Assembly: GCA_024641505.1 (NCBI GenBank)
Contig: JAHECY010000005.1
Coordinates: forward strand, 11,502-75,501
DNA: 64,000 nt
DNA from: Gammaproteobacteria bacterium
GTDB lineage: Bacteria > Pseudomonadota > Gammaproteobacteria > SG8-11
Reading direction: 5' to 3'
Part shown: in pieces, positions 61,750 through 64,000 of the stretch
Layout of the letters: every line of letters starts with the position of its first letter
Position numbering within the stretch: position 1 is the stretch's first letter
The notes under the pieces: generated by a model
Told to the model about the DNA's origin: nothing
What the model saw: the letters and a program-made list of their open reading frames with translations, nothing else
Database searches by the model: none
Translations under genes and position numbers: made by a program

Positions 61750-63230
61750 GCAGAAAAATTCGTCCGTGGCTGTTTTACGACACGACAGCCTCGGTATGTG
61801 CGAGTTGTCGACGCCAGGTAGAGGCTAAAATCGTCATCAAGGGCGACCAGGTGTTCCTGGAGAAATGGTGTCCCGCGCATGGGTTCGAGCGTACATTGAT
61901 ATGTGACGACGCCGAGTACTACCGACTGTGCCGCGAGGTGTATGTAAAACACCCCGAAATGCCCAGGCAGTTCAACACTCAGATGGTGCATGGCTGTCCC
62001 TACGACTGCGGTCTGTGCCCGGACCATATGCAACACTCCTGTTTGTCCATCATCGAAATTACCGACAATTGCAATTTGACTTGTCCGGTATGCTTCGCGG
62101 AGTCCGCACCACATCTGCGGCATCGACCGTTGCCTGATGTGATCGCGATGCTTGACGCGGTGGTGGCAAACGAAGGGGAAGCCGATGTGGTCCAGATATC
62201 CGGCGGTGAACCGACGCTGCACCCGGATTTTTTCGCCATTCTGGATGCCGCCAAAAGGCGGCCTATTCGGCACCTGATGGTGAACACCAACGGGCTGAAA
62301 ATCGCCACCGACCCGGACTTTGCCGACAAACTCGCCCAATATGCACCCGGGCTGGAGATCTATCTTCAATTCGATTCATTACGCGACGACACCCTCAAAC
62401 TCATTCGCGGCGCCACCCTGGCTGACAGTCATCAACGCGTGCTGGATCGCCTGGAATCAAGATCTATTTCCACGACCCTGGTGATGACGGTGATTTCCGG
62501 CATCAACGATGACCAGATCGGCGAGGTGATACAGCATGCGACAAAATGGCGATGCGTCAGGGGTGTAACCTTGCAGCCGGTGAGCGCAGTGGGACGGTTA
62601 ACGCTGGAACACCCGACTGAGCGCCTGACCGTAAGCGCAATACGTCGCATGGTCGCCGATCAATCACGGATTTTCACCAAGGAGGATGTGGTCCCGGTGC
62701 CGTGTAATCCCGACACCTTGGCGATGGCCTATGCGCTGAAGCATAATGACGCGATCATACCCCTGACCCGCCACCTGGGGTCGGAGGCATTACTTGCCGG
62801 TCCACGGAATACCATCGTATTTGAACGCGACCCCGCGTTGAAAGAACAGGTATTCAAGCTTTTTGCCACCAATCATTCACCGCAGTCCCAGGCGGCTTGC
62901 CTTGCCGAATTACTGTGTTGCCTGCCAGCAGTCGCCGCACCTGATCTTGGTTACGAAAACGTGTTCCGGGTATTGATCGTACAGTTAATGGATATTCACA
63001 ACCTGGATTTGCGCGCGCTGAAAAAATCCTGTATTCATTTCGCGCTACCCGATGGCAGATTAATCCCGTTTGAATCCTACAATCTGTTTTATCGAGGCAG
63101 ACTTTTCGCGCAAACAAGGAAAATCCAGGCGGAAATTGCCAAGCATACTCAAGATCGAGCCAAGACCGGGTCGGAAACGGTGTCATCAAGTGACCTTGTT
63201 CAAACAGACTCGCTGCATATTACAAATTAA
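61746..63230 (+). CDS. Radical SAM protein, Tes/GDGT-MAS (MJ0619)-like family
   Basis: C18xxC21...C42xxH45, C84PYDC88GLC91PDH94, C109NLTC113PVC116, ISGGEPT, LMVNTNG, IYLQFD and KKSCIH...DGRLIPFESYN; ATGA overlap with the Lgt paralogue. Confidence 0.85.
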   Translation: MSRKIRPWLFYDTTASVCASCRRQVEAKIVIKGDQVFLEKWCPAHGFERTLICDDAEYYRLCREVYVKHPEMPRQFNTQMVHGCPYDCGLCPDHMQHSCLSIIEITDNCNLTCPVCFAESAPHLRHRPLPDVIAMLDAVVANEGEADVVQISGGEPTLHPDFFAILDAAKRRPIRHLMVNTNGLKIATDPDFADKLAQYAPGLEIYLQFDSLRDDTLKLIRGATLADSHQRVLDRLESRSISTTLVMTVISGINDDQIGEVIQHATKWRCVRGVTLQPVSAVGRLTLEHPTERLTVSAIRRMVADQSRIFTKEDVVPVPCNPDTLAMAYALKHNDAIIPLTRHLGSEALLAGPRNTIVFERDPALKEQVFKLFATNHSPQSQAACLAELLCCLPAVAAPDLGYENVFRVLIVQLMDIHNLDLRALKKSCIHFALPDGRLIPFESYNLFYRGRLFAQTRKIQAEIAKHTQDRAKTGSETVSSSDLVQTDSLHITN

Positions 63231-63982
63231 TCCGTGACTGAGGAGTGATGCGGCGGGCCCTCCGAAGGCTGTGCGGGCAGGTGCTGCGGATGCCAGAGCT
63301 GCATCACCGGCGCCGTCAGTATCCACAGACCGAAACCCATTACCAGGCACGCGGCGGCCGTGCGGGTACCGGCACGACTGACCCATCGGCGCAATGGTTC
63401 GGCGAGCCCGCCCACCAACATCATGATCGGCAACGTACCTGCGCCGAAACTGACCATGATCGACGCACCCAGCACCCAGTGACCGCTGGCCGCCGCCACC
63501 ACCAGTGCGCTGTACACCAGACCGCAGGGCAGCCAACCCCATAAACTGCCGAGCAGCACCGCTCGCCACGGCCGATCCACAGGGATCACCAAGCGCACCA
63601 ATGGTTGTATATGCCGCCACACCAAGCGCTCACCCACACGCTCGAGCAGTGCCAAACCACGCCACCAGCCGCTCAGGTACAAGCCCATGGCAATAACCAC
63701 TGTCCCGGCCGCTACGCGTGAGACCGTCATCAACCAGCCCGCATGGATATGCAGCCAGCCGGCAAGGCCGCCGGCTAAAGCTCCGATCAACGCATAGCTG
63801 GCCACGCGCCCGACATTGAACAACAGCAGCAACAGCAAGTGTCGCGCACCGGAGCGCTGTCCCGTGACCATGGCGAAATTCAAACTGTTGACGATACCGC
63901 CACACATCACAACGCAATGCACCCCACCGAACACACCGACCAGTAGCGCCGACCCCAGCATCAATATTGAATCCGGCATCAT
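63227..63982 (-). CDS. DsbD_2 / sulfite exporter TauE/SafE family membrane protein (cbb3-oxidase maturation-associated type)
   Basis: GVFGGVHCVVMCGGI, FNVGRVASY, WGWLPCGLVYSAL and FGAGTLP. Confidence 0.85.
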   Translation of the reverse strand: MMPDSILMLGSALLVGVFGGVHCVVMCGGIVNSLNFAMVTGQRSGARHLLLLLLFNVGRVASYALIGALAGGLAGWLHIHAGWLMTVSRVAAGTVVIAMGLYLSGWWRGLALLERVGERLVWRHIQPLVRLVIPVDRPWRAVLLGSLWGWLPCGLVYSALVVAAASGHWVLGASIMVSFGAGTLPIMMLVGGLAEPLRRWVSRAGTRTAAACLVMGFGLWILTAPVMQLWHPQHLPAQPSEGPPHHSSVTD

Positions 63983-64000
63983 GCTAAACCATCCGTTCTA

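Noticed and set aside
58972-63230. Functional link between lipoate synthesis (lipB/lipA) and the downstream radical SAM cassette
   Set aside because: lipBA is at its usual conserved location, a roughly 100-bp gap and a composition shift separate the two, and nothing in the sequence supports a shared pathway. Read-through transcription is not excluded.

Overview
Chromosomal, mostly core-genome window of a Gammaproteobacterium, moderately GC-rich by eye. GatCAB, HPr kinase in the rpoN operon and a D-amino-acid aminotransferase in the dac-lip cluster point to a non-enteric lineage (Chromatiales/Thiohalomonadales-like is an inference). Order: TRAP DctM/DctQ; two convergent TraF_2-like outer-membrane barrels; fructosamine kinase; cytochrome c; DUF2782; polA; probable sigmaE-driven Spot42/ErsA-position sRNA; engB; monoheme c4-like cytochrome; cNMP-binding protein; dsbA, EEP, hslR, ubiA; yrbG-kdsD-kdsC-lptCAB-rpoN-hpf-ptsN-hprK-rapZ-EIIA(Man)-HPr-EI; mgtE, NUDIX, hrpB; orphan hydantoinase A; large FN3/lectin-like lipoprotein; globin-coupled diguanylate cyclase; GldAFG-like ABC plus DUF4340; ppk1 with a Pho box; sixA, hslO, gatBAC; mreBCD-mrdA-rodA-mltB-rlpA-dac-dat-ybeD-lipB-lipA; and a DsbD_2/TauE membrane protein. 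The best candidate for an undescribed system is a four-gene cassette at 60015-63230. It encodes a small two-helix membrane protein with a GGGVC cysteine, a YidX-like lipoprotein, a divergent Lgt paralogue and a Tes/GDGT-MAS-like radical SAM enzyme, suggesting a dedicated lipid-modification/protein-lipidation pathway. No tRNA, rRNA, CRISPR array, transposase or integrase was seen. Family assignments come from motif recognition only; no database search was run.
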